Assembly (NCBI GenBank): GCA_963668315.1
Contig: OY764216.1
Location: 3,488,001-3,552,000, forward strand
DNA: 64,000 bases
Direction of reading: 5' to 3'
From: Spirochaetia bacterium
GTDB taxonomy: Bacteria > Spirochaetota > Spirochaetia > DSM-2461
Shown: positions 10,634 to 20,307 of the stretch, one piece after another
How positions within the stretch are numbered: position 1 is the stretch's first letter
Layout: each line of letters begins with the position of its first letter
Translations under genes and position numbers: made by a program
Notes under the pieces: model-generated
The model's input: the letters and a program-made list of their open reading frames with translations, nothing else
Told to the model about the DNA's origin: nothing
The model's database searches: none

Positions 10634-11457
10634 TGGATCGGAGTCATAAAAATTTCAGAATAATCGCCGGTCTGATCAGCGCGGTGATCTTTTTCTTTCC
10701 CATCTATGTGGTCGTTTTCGGCGGACTCAAAACGAACGGGCAGCTGGTGAATGACCCCTTCGGCCTGCCCCGGCCCTTTGTTTTCGAAGCCTACCGGCTC
10801 ATTCTTCTGAAGAGCAGGGCCTTTTGGGTTTTTCTGGGCAATTCGGTGATCATCGCCGCTGCGGTCATCATCATCACCCTGATCAGCACCATTATGGCGT
10901 CCCTGGCTTTATCGCGCCTTCAGTTCAGGGGAAGGGATTTTTTCTACAATCTGTTTATAGCGGGCATGCTGTTTCCCATCACCGTGGCCATTCTGCCTCT
11001 CTATCTTCAGCTGCGTGATCTTGGCTTACTAGGTACCCGGCTGGGCATCATACTGGCTCAGTCGGCATTCAGCCTTCCCATGGGGATTTTCATTACCACG
11101 GGTTTTTTCAAGGATATCCCCCACGACCTGCAGGATGCGGTCAGTATCGACGGGGGCGGTTTTTTCACCTTCGGCTTCCGCATCGTCCTCCCTCTGTCGA
11201 CTCCCGTACTGTCCACGGTGACCATCATCACCCTGATCCAGAGCTGGAATCAGTTTCTCATGCCCCTTCTGGTTCTGAACAACCCGGATAAGTTCACCAT
11301 TCCCCTGGGCATCATGCAGTTCCAGGGTCAATTCACCACGAACTGGAATCAGATCATGTCCTTTATTACCATTGCCCTGCTGCCCATGACGCTTTTCTAC
11401 ATCTTTCTGCAGCGGTATATCGTGGCCGGTCTGACCGCCGGAGCGGTGAAAGGGTAG
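10630..11457 (+). CDS. Carbohydrate ABC transporter permease
   Basis: DLQDAVSIDG, WNQFLMPL, C-terminal GLTAGAVKG. Confidence 0.95.
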   Translation: MMDRSHKNFRIIAGLISAVIFFFPIYVVVFGGLKTNGQLVNDPFGLPRPFVFEAYRLILLKSRAFWVFLGNSVIIAAAVIIITLISTIMASLALSRLQFRGRDFFYNLFIAGMLFPITVAILPLYLQLRDLGLLGTRLGIILAQSAFSLPMGIFITTGFFKDIPHDLQDAVSIDGGGFFTFGFRIVLPLSTPVLSTVTIITLIQSWNQFLMPLLVLNNPDKFTIPLGIMQFQGQFTTNWNQIMSFITIALLPMTLFYIFLQRYIVAGLTAGAVKG

Positions 11458-11458
11458 A

Positions 11459-13798
11459 ATGATGCGGGACAAGGCGAAGAAACTGCTGGCACAGATGACC
11501 CTCAGGGAGAAAATCGCCCAGCTCCATTCCATCTGGCTCTATATGGAGGGAGAGGATATCTGCGTGAAATCCATCTCCGGCATGGAAAACAGCGTGGGGG
11601 CGGCCGAATTATATGAGGAACTGAAATTCGGCATGGGACAGATAACCCGTCCTCTGGGAAGCCAGGAGATAGATCCGGTTCTGGGAGTGCGCAATCTCAA
11701 CCGCATACAGAAATATCTTGTGGAGGGTACCAGACTGGGAATTCCCGCTCTGCCCCATGAGGAGTGTCTTTCCGGGCTGATGGCCCGGGGGGGGACGATA
11801 TTTCCGGCGGGGATTAATAACGGCGCCACCTGGGATCCTGAACTTATGGAAAAGATCGGGAAGGCCATCGGGGATGAGCTTTACTCCGTGGGTTCCCGCC
11901 AGGGACTGGCTCCTGTCCTTGATGTCTGCCGCGACGCCCGCTGGGGCAGAACGGAGGAAACCTACGGCGAAGACCCTTATCTGGCCGGCAGAATGGCCAC
12001 GGCCTATGTGAAGGGACTGCAGGATGAATCGCGGCCTCTTCTCGCCACCCTCAAGCACTACGCGGGACACTCTTTCGGAGAGGGGGGACGAAATCACGCC
12101 CCCGTTCGTGTGGGTGACAGGGAATTGAATGATCTCTTCCTATTTCCCTTCGAAATGGCCGTGAAGTACGGGAAGGCCCGGTCAGTTATGCCCGCCTACC
12201 ATGATATAGACGGCGAACCGCTCCATCAGTCCCGCCGCTATCTGAATGACCTGCTCAGGGAGCGCTGGGGTTTCGAAGGTATAATCGTTTCAGACTACGA
12301 AGGGCTGATCCAGCTTATCACCGATCATCATGTTCAGCCGGACAAGGCCTCCGCGGCCGCCGCATCCCTCCGGGCCGGGGTTGATGTGGAACTGCCGGGA
12401 AACACCCTTTTCGCAGAGGGTATTGTCAAGGCTTTGGACAGGGGATTGCTTGAGCCAGAAGTCGTGGATGAAGCGGTTCTCCGCCATCTGACGGAGAAAT
12501 ACCGTCTGGGTTTATTTGAGAATCCCTATACCCGGGAAGATTCCATAACGCTTCAGTCAGATAAAACGGTCGCTCTGGCGGCGGAAGGGGCGGAGAAATC
12601 TCTGGTTCTTCTGAGAAACGACGGTATTCTCCCCCTGGGGGGAGACGAGAAAATCGCCCTCATCGGCCCTCTGGCAGACGAGCCCATGGCCATGATGGGG
12701 GGCTATGCCTTTCCCGTACATCTGATTGTTTCGGAAAAGCGGGAGGGCAACTCCCATGTAAAAACCCTGAGGGAATCTCTCGGGGCGGCCTATGGGGATA
12801 AGCTCTCCTACAGCAAAGGCTGCGATATACTGACGCGCCGTCCGGATAAACCGGCTGTTTTTCCCGGCGATGTGCCCATGGATGGAAGAGAACAGGCCGA
12901 TTATATCAGCTATGATATGCACGGTTTCATTGAGGCCCTGGACTGCGCCCGGAAAGCGGAAAAGATTGTCCTGGCCGTAGGTGATCTGGCGGGGCTCTTT
13001 CAGAGCGGTACGGTGGGGGAAGGCTCCGACGTGAGTTCCCTCGTCCTTCCCGGTGTTCAACAGCAGCTGGTGGAAGCGGTTCTCGAACTGGGCAAGCCGA
13101 CTGTCATCGTTCTTATCTCAGGCAGACCCTATCATCTGGAAGGGGCCGACAGAAAATGCGGCGCCCTTCTGCAGGCCTGGCTTCCCGGTCAGGAGGGCGG
13201 GCCGGCCGTGGCAAAGGCTCTTCTGGGAAAAATCAATCCGGGGGGAAAGCTTCCCCTCTCCTTTCCCAGGGAGGCGGGGAGCATGCCCTTCTATTACAAC
13301 CATAAGATGAAGTGCGCCGGAACTCCCATCCAGAGGGATTTCGGAGCGGAGTACCCCTTCGGTTTCGGTCTCTCTTATACGAATTTCACTCTGAGCGACA
13401 TACGTATGGAGAAGAGGGAGTACGATACGGAGGACAGGGTGAAGCTGGAGCTGAATGTCTCCAATACGGGATCGGTTGCCGGGGATGAAGTCATACAGGT
13501 TTATGTGAGGGACAGGGTGGCCCGGTTCGTGCGTCCCCTGAAGGAGCTGAAGGCGTTTCACAGGACGACGCTGTCTCCCGGTGAGACTAAGAAACTTACG
13601 ATTGAGATTCCCACCGATCTCCTCAGTTATACCGTTGAGTACGGGAAAAGAGTTGTGGAACCGGGAGAGTTTGTCGTCATGGTCGGAACCAGTTCGGCCC
13701 ATCTTTCCGGGGAGTTTGTCATCAATCTGAAAGGAAATTTGCGGATCCTGGACCGGCAATGGAATATGGAAAGTTCGGTCATTGAAAAAAAAGGATAG
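11459..13798 (+). CDS. GH3 beta-glucosidase/beta-xylosidase with C-terminal Fn3-like domain
   Basis: MTLREKIAQL, RDARWGRTEETYGEDP, KHY, VSDY nucleophile, YPFGFGLSY, ELKAF. Confidence 0.93.
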   Translation: MMRDKAKKLLAQMTLREKIAQLHSIWLYMEGEDICVKSISGMENSVGAAELYEELKFGMGQITRPLGSQEIDPVLGVRNLNRIQKYLVEGTRLGIPALPHEECLSGLMARGGTIFPAGINNGATWDPELMEKIGKAIGDELYSVGSRQGLAPVLDVCRDARWGRTEETYGEDPYLAGRMATAYVKGLQDESRPLLATLKHYAGHSFGEGGRNHAPVRVGDRELNDLFLFPFEMAVKYGKARSVMPAYHDIDGEPLHQSRRYLNDLLRERWGFEGIIVSDYEGLIQLITDHHVQPDKASAAAASLRAGVDVELPGNTLFAEGIVKALDRGLLEPEVVDEAVLRHLTEKYRLGLFENPYTREDSITLQSDKTVALAAEGAEKSLVLLRNDGILPLGGDEKIALIGPLADEPMAMMGGYAFPVHLIVSEKREGNSHVKTLRESLGAAYGDKLSYSKGCDILTRRPDKPAVFPGDVPMDGREQADYISYDMHGFIEALDCARKAEKIVLAVGDLAGLFQSGTVGEGSDVSSLVLPGVQQQLVEAVLELGKPTVIVLISGRPYHLEGADRKCGALLQAWLPGQEGGPAVAKALLGKINPGGKLPLSFPREAGSMPFYYNHKMKCAGTPIQRDFGAEYPFGFGLSYTNFTLSDIRMEKREYDTEDRVKLELNVSNTGSVAGDEVIQVYVRDRVARFVRPLKELKAFHRTTLSPGETKKLTIEIPTDLLSYTVEYGKRVVEPGEFVVMVGTSSAHLSGEFVINLKGNLRILDRQWNMESSVIEKKG

Positions 13799-13818
13799 AA
13801 CCGCCCTGCTTATGCAGC

Positions 13819-13845
13819 GCTCCCCCCAGGGGGAGCTTTTTTTTT
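13819..13845 (+). terminator. Rho-independent terminator
   Basis: GCTCCCC-CCAG-GGGGAGC followed by T9. Confidence 0.85.
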
Positions 13846-13849
13846 GCCC

Positions 13850-13894
13850 TTGACAAGGAGGAAAAGTATGATAGTATAACTGGTAATTACCGGT
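13850..13894 (+). promoter_or_regulatory. Promoter and putative autoregulatory operator of GntR regulator
   Basis: TTGACA-16nt-TAGTAT with TG extension; near-palindrome ACTGGTAATTACCGGT directly downstream. Confidence 0.55.
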
Positions 13895-13931
13895 ATCTAT
13901 TGCTGTCGTTAAAGACATCAGAAAGGAACAC

Positions 13932-15002
13932 ATGGATTTCGATTATATCAAACTGAAGACAGAGCTGTTATCACTTATTCAGAAGGGAACCTATCCTTCC
14001 GGTTCTTCCATCCCTTCGGAAAGGGAACTCTGCCTGAAATATGAAACCAGCAGAACCACGGTAAGGCGAGCCATCAATGATCTTGTTGAAGAACGTCATC
14101 TCGTCAGAAGGCCGGGGAAGGGGACATTTGTTTCTGAAGAGACCCATGGGGCAGCGGAAAGTACCGATACCATTCTTTTTCTGCGCTGCATGCATTCTGC
14201 CTCATTTCTCAGTGATGACGTTATCTATCCCCTCGTTCTTGCCGGGGTGGAGGAGAGCGCCGCGAAATCGGGGTACCGCTGTCTTGTCAGGAGCATTAAC
14301 GAAAATGAACCCGACTATGACGGCCTTAACACGTTCAAAGGGAAGATCGACGGCATCATCTGCGGGGAACTGCACAGTCCGGAATTCTACCAATATCTGA
14401 CATCCTTTCACCTTCCTCTCGTGCTGACCAGCCCGTCCCTCGAGGCGGAAAAGGCGGATATGGTCCTGATAGACAACAGGACGGGCGCCCGAAGGGCTGT
14501 TCAGCGGCTTATCGGAGAGGGCCATAGGCGGATCGCCATGATTGGGGGTTCGGAGACGAGTCTACCCGCCCGGGAGAGAAAGGAAGGGTTTATGCAGGCC
14601 ATGGATGAGGCGGGGCTGGATGTGGACGAGAGATTGATAGTGAGCACCCATTGGCTTCAGTCCGACGGTTACGACAGCTTCATTAAGCTCTGGGAAGCCC
14701 CCGAAAGACCGACGGCCCTTTTCGCCGCATCCGATCTGCTGGCTTTGGGAGTTTTCAACGGGGCGGCCCAATGGGGAGTCTCCATACCGGAAGAGCTGTC
14801 CCTTATCGGATTTGACGGGATACCTCTGGTCAGCCAGCTCAGGCCGGCGTTAACGACAATGGATGTGCGTGCCCGGGAGATGGGAGAAACATCGTTCCGG
14901 CTTTTTCTGGAGCAAAGGAAGGAACGGCGGGATTACCATGTGAAAGTTACCATACCCGTGGAAATTGCGGAAGGGGAATCGATCGGCCCCTGCAGAGAAT
15001 AG
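13932..15002 (+). CDS. GntR-HTH plus LacI-type sugar-binding domain regulator (AraR architecture)
   Basis: IPSERELC..SRTTVRRAINDL..GKGTFV wHTH; C-terminal IDNRTG, GHRRIA, IGFDG, LTT. Confidence 0.9.
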   Translation: MDFDYIKLKTELLSLIQKGTYPSGSSIPSERELCLKYETSRTTVRRAINDLVEERHLVRRPGKGTFVSEETHGAAESTDTILFLRCMHSASFLSDDVIYPLVLAGVEESAAKSGYRCLVRSINENEPDYDGLNTFKGKIDGIICGELHSPEFYQYLTSFHLPLVLTSPSLEAEKADMVLIDNRTGARRAVQRLIGEGHRRIAMIGGSETSLPARERKEGFMQAMDEAGLDVDERLIVSTHWLQSDGYDSFIKLWEAPERPTALFAASDLLALGVFNGAAQWGVSIPEELSLIGFDGIPLVSQLRPALTTMDVRAREMGETSFRLFLEQRKERRDYHVKVTIPVEIAEGESIGPCRE

Positions 15003-15056
15003 GATCGGCCCGAATCGGAATTATATGTTTTGTAAACAGTCATGAGGAGAAAAAAG

Positions 15057-17003
15057 ATGAAAGAGAGTAGCTCTGAATTTGAAAAGATTGATGTGAAAGA
15101 CGTCCACATTACCGGCGGACTGCTGGCTCACAAATATCAGACGGTTATAGAAAATGTCATACCCTACCAGTGGCTCGCCCTGAACGATGAAGTCGAAGAT
15201 GCCGATCCCAGTCATGCTCTGGCCAATTTCCGAATTGCTGCCGGATGGGAAGACGGTGAGTTCGCCGGAATGGTATTTCAGGACAGTGATGTGGCCAAAT
15301 GGCTGGAGGCCGTGGCTTACCAACTGGCAGTCACACCCGATGACGAATTAAAAGGGAAGGCCGACGGCGTCATTGATATCATTGCCCAGGCCCAGGAAGA
15401 GAACGGCTACCTCAACACTTATTTTCAGCTGAAAGAGCCCGAAGCAAAATGGACCAATCTCACCGAGTGTCATGAACTATATTGCGCCGGACATATGCTG
15501 GAGGCGGCGGTGGCGTATTACGAAGCCACGGGAGAGAGAAAGCTTCTGGACGTTATGGTTAAATACGTGGATCTGATAGATTCTCTTTTCGGAAGGGAAG
15601 AGAGCAAAATCCACGGTTATCCGGGACACCAGGAAATTGAGCTGGCCCTGATGCGGCTCTATGGTATAACGGGAAATGACAGACATCTGAAACTGGCATC
15701 CTATTTTATCGACGAAAGAGGAACGGAACCGAATTTCTTTACCAGGGAGATTGAGAGAAGAGCCGGTAAGACCCACTGGCCGAATTTTCATGAAAATAAC
15801 CACCTTGATTATAACCAGGCCCATCTCCCTGTCCGGGACCAGAAAGTTGCTGTCGGCCATGCCGTAAGAGCCGTCTATATGTATTCCGCCATGGCGGATA
15901 TTGCCCGGGAACGGGATGATGCCGCCCTGGCCGAAGCCTGCCGTACACTTTGGGCCAATGTCACGGAGAAGCAGATGTACATAACGGGGGGAATCGGCTC
16001 CAGCGATTTCCAGGAAGCCTTTACCATCGATTACGATATTCCCAACGACAGGGCATATAATGAAACCTGCGCTTCCATCGGGCTGATGTTCTGGGCTCAG
16101 AGAATGATTATGCTGGACGGAGACGCCCGTTATGCCGATGTGATGGAACGGGCCTTCTATAACGGGATCCTGAGCGGTATGTCTGAGGACGGGAAGAAAT
16201 TTTTCTATGTGAATCCCCTGGAAGTAGTCCCCTCCGTATGCGATAAAAGAGATGATATGAAACATGTGGAGCCGGTCAGGCAGAAGTGGTTTACCTGCGC
16301 CTGCTGTCCACCCAATATCGCCCGCCTGCTTGCTTCCCTGGGGCAGTATATCTACCTTAAGAGCAAGGACAGTCTCTGGGTCAATCTTTACGGCGACAGT
16401 CGGGTGAAAGTCTCTTTGGGGGGCACGGCCGTCCTCTTTGAGCAGAAGGGTAACTACCCCTGGGACGGCAATGTTCATATGTCCCTTTCCATGGAGGATG
16501 AGGCTGATTTTACCCTGAAAATCCGCATTCCCCAATGGTGCGGAAACGACTGGACTCTGACCGTCAACGGGGAAGCCTTCCCGGGAGTTCCGGAGAAAGG
16601 ATATGTGGAAATCAAACGAATCTGGAAAAACGGTGATTCCCTCGCCCTTTCCCTGGAAATGAAAGAAAAACGTATCTATACCAATAGCAATGTCGGTGCA
16701 AATGCCGGCAAGGTCGCTCTGATGAAAGGTCCGGTCGTATATTGTCTGGAAGAAGCGGACAACGGCAGTCATCTCTCTTCCCTGATTCTGCGTAAGGACG
16801 GCCCTATTTCATCCCGGTTCAGGGGTGATCTTCTGGGCGGCGTGAATGTCCTTACGGCCGAAGGCTTCAGGGAAAGGTCCGTGAGCGGACGTCTGTACGG
16901 CGAAAGGAGACCGGAAAGAGAAGAGGCGGAAATGCATTTCATACCCTATTTCGCCTGGAATAACCGCGGTAAGGGCGAGCTTCTGGTCTGGGTAAGGGAG
17001 TAG
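15057..17003 (+). CDS. GH127 beta-L-arabinofuranosidase family
   Basis: FQDSDVAKWLEA, HELYCAGH, GHQEIE, GHAVR, YNETCAS, CACCPPN, IPYFAWNNRG; SD GAGGAG before ATG 15057. Confidence 0.93.
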   Translation: MKESSSEFEKIDVKDVHITGGLLAHKYQTVIENVIPYQWLALNDEVEDADPSHALANFRIAAGWEDGEFAGMVFQDSDVAKWLEAVAYQLAVTPDDELKGKADGVIDIIAQAQEENGYLNTYFQLKEPEAKWTNLTECHELYCAGHMLEAAVAYYEATGERKLLDVMVKYVDLIDSLFGREESKIHGYPGHQEIELALMRLYGITGNDRHLKLASYFIDERGTEPNFFTREIERRAGKTHWPNFHENNHLDYNQAHLPVRDQKVAVGHAVRAVYMYSAMADIARERDDAALAEACRTLWANVTEKQMYITGGIGSSDFQEAFTIDYDIPNDRAYNETCASIGLMFWAQRMIMLDGDARYADVMERAFYNGILSGMSEDGKKFFYVNPLEVVPSVCDKRDDMKHVEPVRQKWFTCACCPPNIARLLASLGQYIYLKSKDSLWVNLYGDSRVKVSLGGTAVLFEQKGNYPWDGNVHMSLSMEDEADFTLKIRIPQWCGNDWTLTVNGEAFPGVPEKGYVEIKRIWKNGDSLALSLEMKEKRIYTNSNVGANAGKVALMKGPVVYCLEEADNGSHLSSLILRKDGPISSRFRGDLLGGVNVLTAEGFRERSVSGRLYGERRPEREEAEMHFIPYFAWNNRGKGELLVWVRE

Positions 17004-17013
17004 GGAGCCCAAA

Positions 17014-17042
17014 TTGACATTATCGGGGATATGTTGTATTAT
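17014..17042 (+). promoter_or_regulatory. Sigma70 promoter of queuosine-precursor transporter
   Basis: TTGACA-17nt-TATTAT. Confidence 0.75.
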
Positions 17043-17070
17043 CCCCTTCCATTGTATGCGTTTAGCATAC

Positions 17071-17120
17071 CGAGCCGGTTATTAGGCACCCCCGCTCGTT
17101 AAAAATTAAAACTAAGGAGG
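17071..17120 (+). ncRNA. preQ1 class I-like riboswitch (translational, variant)
   Basis: P1 CGAGC(C)GG / CC(C)GCTCG; loop TTATTAGGCAC; A-rich tail ending AAAACTAA, which can pair with loop TTAG and abuts SD GGAGG; lies upstream of a YhhQ-family gene. Confidence 0.75.
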
Positions 17121-17127
17121 GACAGTC

Positions 17128-17853
17128 ATGTCCAAAAAAACATTCAGTTTTCTGGAACCGGTAATCGCCGGTTTCGTCGGTTTGCTCATCGTATCCAACA
17201 TCGTTTCCCAGAAATATTTCGATACGGAATTTCTGGGAATGATCTGGTCTATGGATATGGGAACGCTGCTTCTATTTCCCCTGCTTTATATTTTCGGTGA
17301 CATTCTGGTGGAAGTATGGGGATATCATACGTCAAGAAGGGTTATCTGGTACGGCTTCGGTTTTAATATCCTGGCGGCCTGTATCTTTATTGCCGCGGTG
17401 AAAATCCCCCACAGCGATTATTTCACCTATCAGGACTCCTTTGCCATGGTCCTCGGCTCCACCCCCGGCCTTGTCGCCGCCTCCATGGCCGGATACTGGC
17501 TGGGAAGTTTCGCCAACTCCCTGGTCATGGCCCGGATGAAAGAGTGGATGGTAAAATGGGATCCCGAGCACAAGTGGCTCCCCCTGAGAACAATCACCTC
17601 CACCATCGTGGGCGAGCTGCTCGATACGACCGCTTTCGTTAGCATAGGGGTTATCGTTGGCGTTTTCCCCGTGGAGCTTCTCCTTTCCCTTATCGTTACG
17701 CAGTGGCTTCTTAAGACCGTAATAGAAGTCGTGATGACTCCCGTCACGGTACTTATCGTGAAAAAACTGAAATCCTGGGAACACCAGGACGTCATCGGCA
17801 CCGAAAGCTACAGTCCCTTCGCTTTTTTCAAGGGCAACAAGGAAAGCGCCTAG
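17128..17853 (+). CDS. yhhQ: Queuosine precursor (preQ0/preQ1) transporter, YhhQ/VUT family
   Basis: SNIVSQK, FPLLYIFGDILVEVWGY, RTITSTIVGELLDT, KTVIEVVMTP motifs; riboswitch context. Confidence 0.88.
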   Translation: MSKKTFSFLEPVIAGFVGLLIVSNIVSQKYFDTEFLGMIWSMDMGTLLLFPLLYIFGDILVEVWGYHTSRRVIWYGFGFNILAACIFIAAVKIPHSDYFTYQDSFAMVLGSTPGLVAASMAGYWLGSFANSLVMARMKEWMVKWDPEHKWLPLRTITSTIVGELLDTTAFVSIGVIVGVFPVELLLSLIVTQWLLKTVIEVVMTPVTVLIVKKLKSWEHQDVIGTESYSPFAFFKGNKESA

Positions 17854-17854
17854 C

Positions 17855-19021
17855 CTAACAGAGGGCCCCGTAGACCACCGAGCGTATGCGGGGCTGGTGA
17901 ATCTCTTCCCGGTTGGGAAAAAGCTGCTGCATATACACGATGGAGAGCTGTTCATCCGGATCGATGAGAACAAACGTCCCCAGATAACCGGACCAGCCGA
18001 ACTCTCCCGGATTGGTGTTTATGCCCCCCCTGCCTCTGTCAATCGCCGTTCTGACACCGTATCCGTAACCGTAGCCCGAGAGATAGGCCCAGTTGTAGTC
18101 CTGACGCATCTCTTCCGTCAGGATATTGGTACGCATCATATCTATGGTATTGCCGGCCAGGTAACGCCGTCCGTCTGCGATGCCCCCTTGCGCCATCATG
18201 GAGGCGAATTTCTGATAATCTCCCAGGGTTGACAGCAATCCGGCACCGCCGATGGCAGGCCAGTTCTCGCCGTAATAGGTGAAGTCTCCGTCGGTACTGG
18301 GATAATACTGGCCGGCCTCGTCTTTTTTGAAATAGGCGCAGAGCCGGCTGTCCTCCTTATCGGCGAAGCGGAAAAAGGAGTTTTCCATTCCCAGGGGACG
18401 GAATATCTCATCCTGAAGAAAATCTTCAAAGGGTTTATCCGCCAGGACTTCAATTAACGCGCCCAGAACGTCATGGCTTGTCCCGTACCGCCATCTGGTA
18501 CCCGGCTCGAAAGCCAGGGGGGCTTCGGATAAAGCCGCCGTATAGTCTCTCAGAGTGATTATCCGGCCCGATTGCGCTTCTTCCCGGAGTCTCTTTATTT
18601 TTTCCCCAGCGATTCGACCGGCTCCGGCGTCGTCGTCCCCGTAGCATAAGCCGCTGGTCATTCCGAAGAGATCTTTTATCCTGATGGGATTCCGGGCTTT
18701 CTCCCTGGTGAGAAGTCCGTTGGGAGTGGGGCGCAGAACCGTCATGTCTTTGAATTCGGCCAGATAATCGGAAAGGGGATCCCCCATCAGGAATTTCCCC
18801 CTTTCATAAAGCATCAGAGCCGCGGCGGCGGTAATCACCTTCGTCATGGAATACACCCGGAAAAGGGTGCCCCCGTCCATGGGAATTTTCAGTTCCCGGT
18901 CGCGATAGCCGAAGCACCGGTCATAAACGGTTTCTCCCCTGTGAACGACAGAGCAGGAACATCCCCTGGGACCGTCCTTCAAAAAGGAAGACAGAAGATC
19001 ATCCATTCTCTTCTCAAGCAT
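17855..19021 (-). CDS. Serine hydrolase, beta-lactamase class C / esterase family VIII fold, cytoplasmic
   Basis: SxxK (YSMTK), LAFEPGTRWRYG, GGAGLLST, FGWSG; no signal peptide. Confidence 0.9.
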   Translation of the reverse strand: MLEKRMDDLLSSFLKDGPRGCSCSVVHRGETVYDRCFGYRDRELKIPMDGGTLFRVYSMTKVITAAAALMLYERGKFLMGDPLSDYLAEFKDMTVLRPTPNGLLTREKARNPIRIKDLFGMTSGLCYGDDDAGAGRIAGEKIKRLREEAQSGRIITLRDYTAALSEAPLAFEPGTRWRYGTSHDVLGALIEVLADKPFEDFLQDEIFRPLGMENSFFRFADKEDSRLCAYFKKDEAGQYYPSTDGDFTYYGENWPAIGGAGLLSTLGDYQKFASMMAQGGIADGRRYLAGNTIDMMRTNILTEEMRQDYNWAYLSGYGYGYGVRTAIDRGRGGINTNPGEFGWSGYLGTFVLIDPDEQLSIVYMQQLFPNREEIHQPRIRSVVYGALC

Positions 19022-19092
19022 AACAAACTCCCATATGATTATACATTATGGATAATAATATATAATCATATTTTTCTGTTGTATAGCTTTTT

Positions 19093-20211
19093 TTAGAGGA
19101 TGATCAGTTCGTATTCCCTTTTTCCCAGACCGATTTTCTCCCCGTGCTCGAGGCAGGTTTTCCAGTCCGTATCGGGATGGGTCATGCAGAAATGATCGCC
19201 CCCTTCTTCTGAGGGATTCGCATGAATTTGATCGTCCAGAATGCTGCTGCCGATGACGGGCATTTTGTTGGAAAGGTCGGCGCAGGCCTTGTCCAGCGCC
19301 ACGGGATCAAAGGAGGCCAGCATACCCACATCGGGAATGATGGGGATATCGTTTTCCGAATGGCAGTCACAGTTGGGCGATACATCGCATATAAGGGAGA
19401 TGTGAAAGCAGGGACGGTCTTGGCAGACGGCCAGGCTGTATTCGGCCATTTTCCTGTTCAGATTCGTTACGGTAGTCCCGAAATCGGTGACGACGGCGTC
19501 TTTGGGGCAGACGCTCAGACATCTCCCGCAGCCTACGCATTTGTTCTGGTCTATGGTGGCGATCCTGTTTTCGATAACCGGCGCATTGTGGGCGCAGATT
19601 TTCAGACAGGCGCCGCATCCGATGCATTTCTCTTCCATGACCCGGGGCTTACCTTCGCTGTGCTGCTCCATTTTTCCGGCCCGGGATCCGCAGCCCATGC
19701 CGATGTTTTTTATTGTTCCGCCGAAGCCGGTCATCTCATGTCCCTTGAAATGGGTAAGGGAGATAAACACATCGGCGTCCATGATGGCATGTCCAATGCG
19801 GGCCTCCTTCACGTACTCCCCGTTAAGGGGAACAAGGGTTTCGTCTGTTCCCTTAAGCCCGTCGGCGATAATGACATGGCAGCCGGTCTGCAGAGGGGAG
19901 AATCCGTTGACATAGGCCGTTTCCATATGATCGATGGCATTTTTACGGCTTCCCACATACAAGGTATTGCAGTCGGTCAGAAAGGGCTTTCCCCCCAGTT
20001 CCTTTACGTAATCGGCAACTACCTTCGCATAGTTCGGTCTGAGAAAGGCAAGATTTCCGTACTCTCCGAAATGGATTTTAATGGCGGCGTACTTATCGGT
20101 GAAATCAATGGTATCCATTCCCGCTTCTTTGATAAGCCGCTTTAATTTCTGAAGAAGGTTTTCCCTCATTGTTGTTTTAAAAGTGGTAAAATAAACCTGT
20201 GAACCGGACAT
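19093..20211 (-). CDS. DUF362 family Fe-S protein with 2x[4Fe-4S] ferredoxin insert
   Basis: IKIHFGE, DCNTLY, THFKGH, GGTIKNIGMG, two CxxCxxCxxxC motifs, CDC, DPVALD. Confidence 0.88.
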   Translation of the reverse strand: MSGSQVYFTTFKTTMRENLLQKLKRLIKEAGMDTIDFTDKYAAIKIHFGEYGNLAFLRPNYAKVVADYVKELGGKPFLTDCNTLYVGSRKNAIDHMETAYVNGFSPLQTGCHVIIADGLKGTDETLVPLNGEYVKEARIGHAIMDADVFISLTHFKGHEMTGFGGTIKNIGMGCGSRAGKMEQHSEGKPRVMEEKCIGCGACLKICAHNAPVIENRIATIDQNKCVGCGRCLSVCPKDAVVTDFGTTVTNLNRKMAEYSLAVCQDRPCFHISLICDVSPNCDCHSENDIPIIPDVGMLASFDPVALDKACADLSNKMPVIGSSILDDQIHANPSEEGGDHFCMTHPDTDWKTCLEHGEKIGLGKREYELIIL

Positions 20212-20307
20212 AACTGTCTCCTCATTTTAAGATGCCCTATTTACACTATAAATCGTAAATAGGGTCAAGGGATAAAAGTGATAAATCAGGAATTGCTCCC
20301 TGTGGCT

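Noticed and set aside
17855..19021. Beta-lactam resistance gene
   Set aside because: No signal peptide, and YGT/WSG replace YxN/KTG; more consistent with a family VIII esterase-like hydrolase
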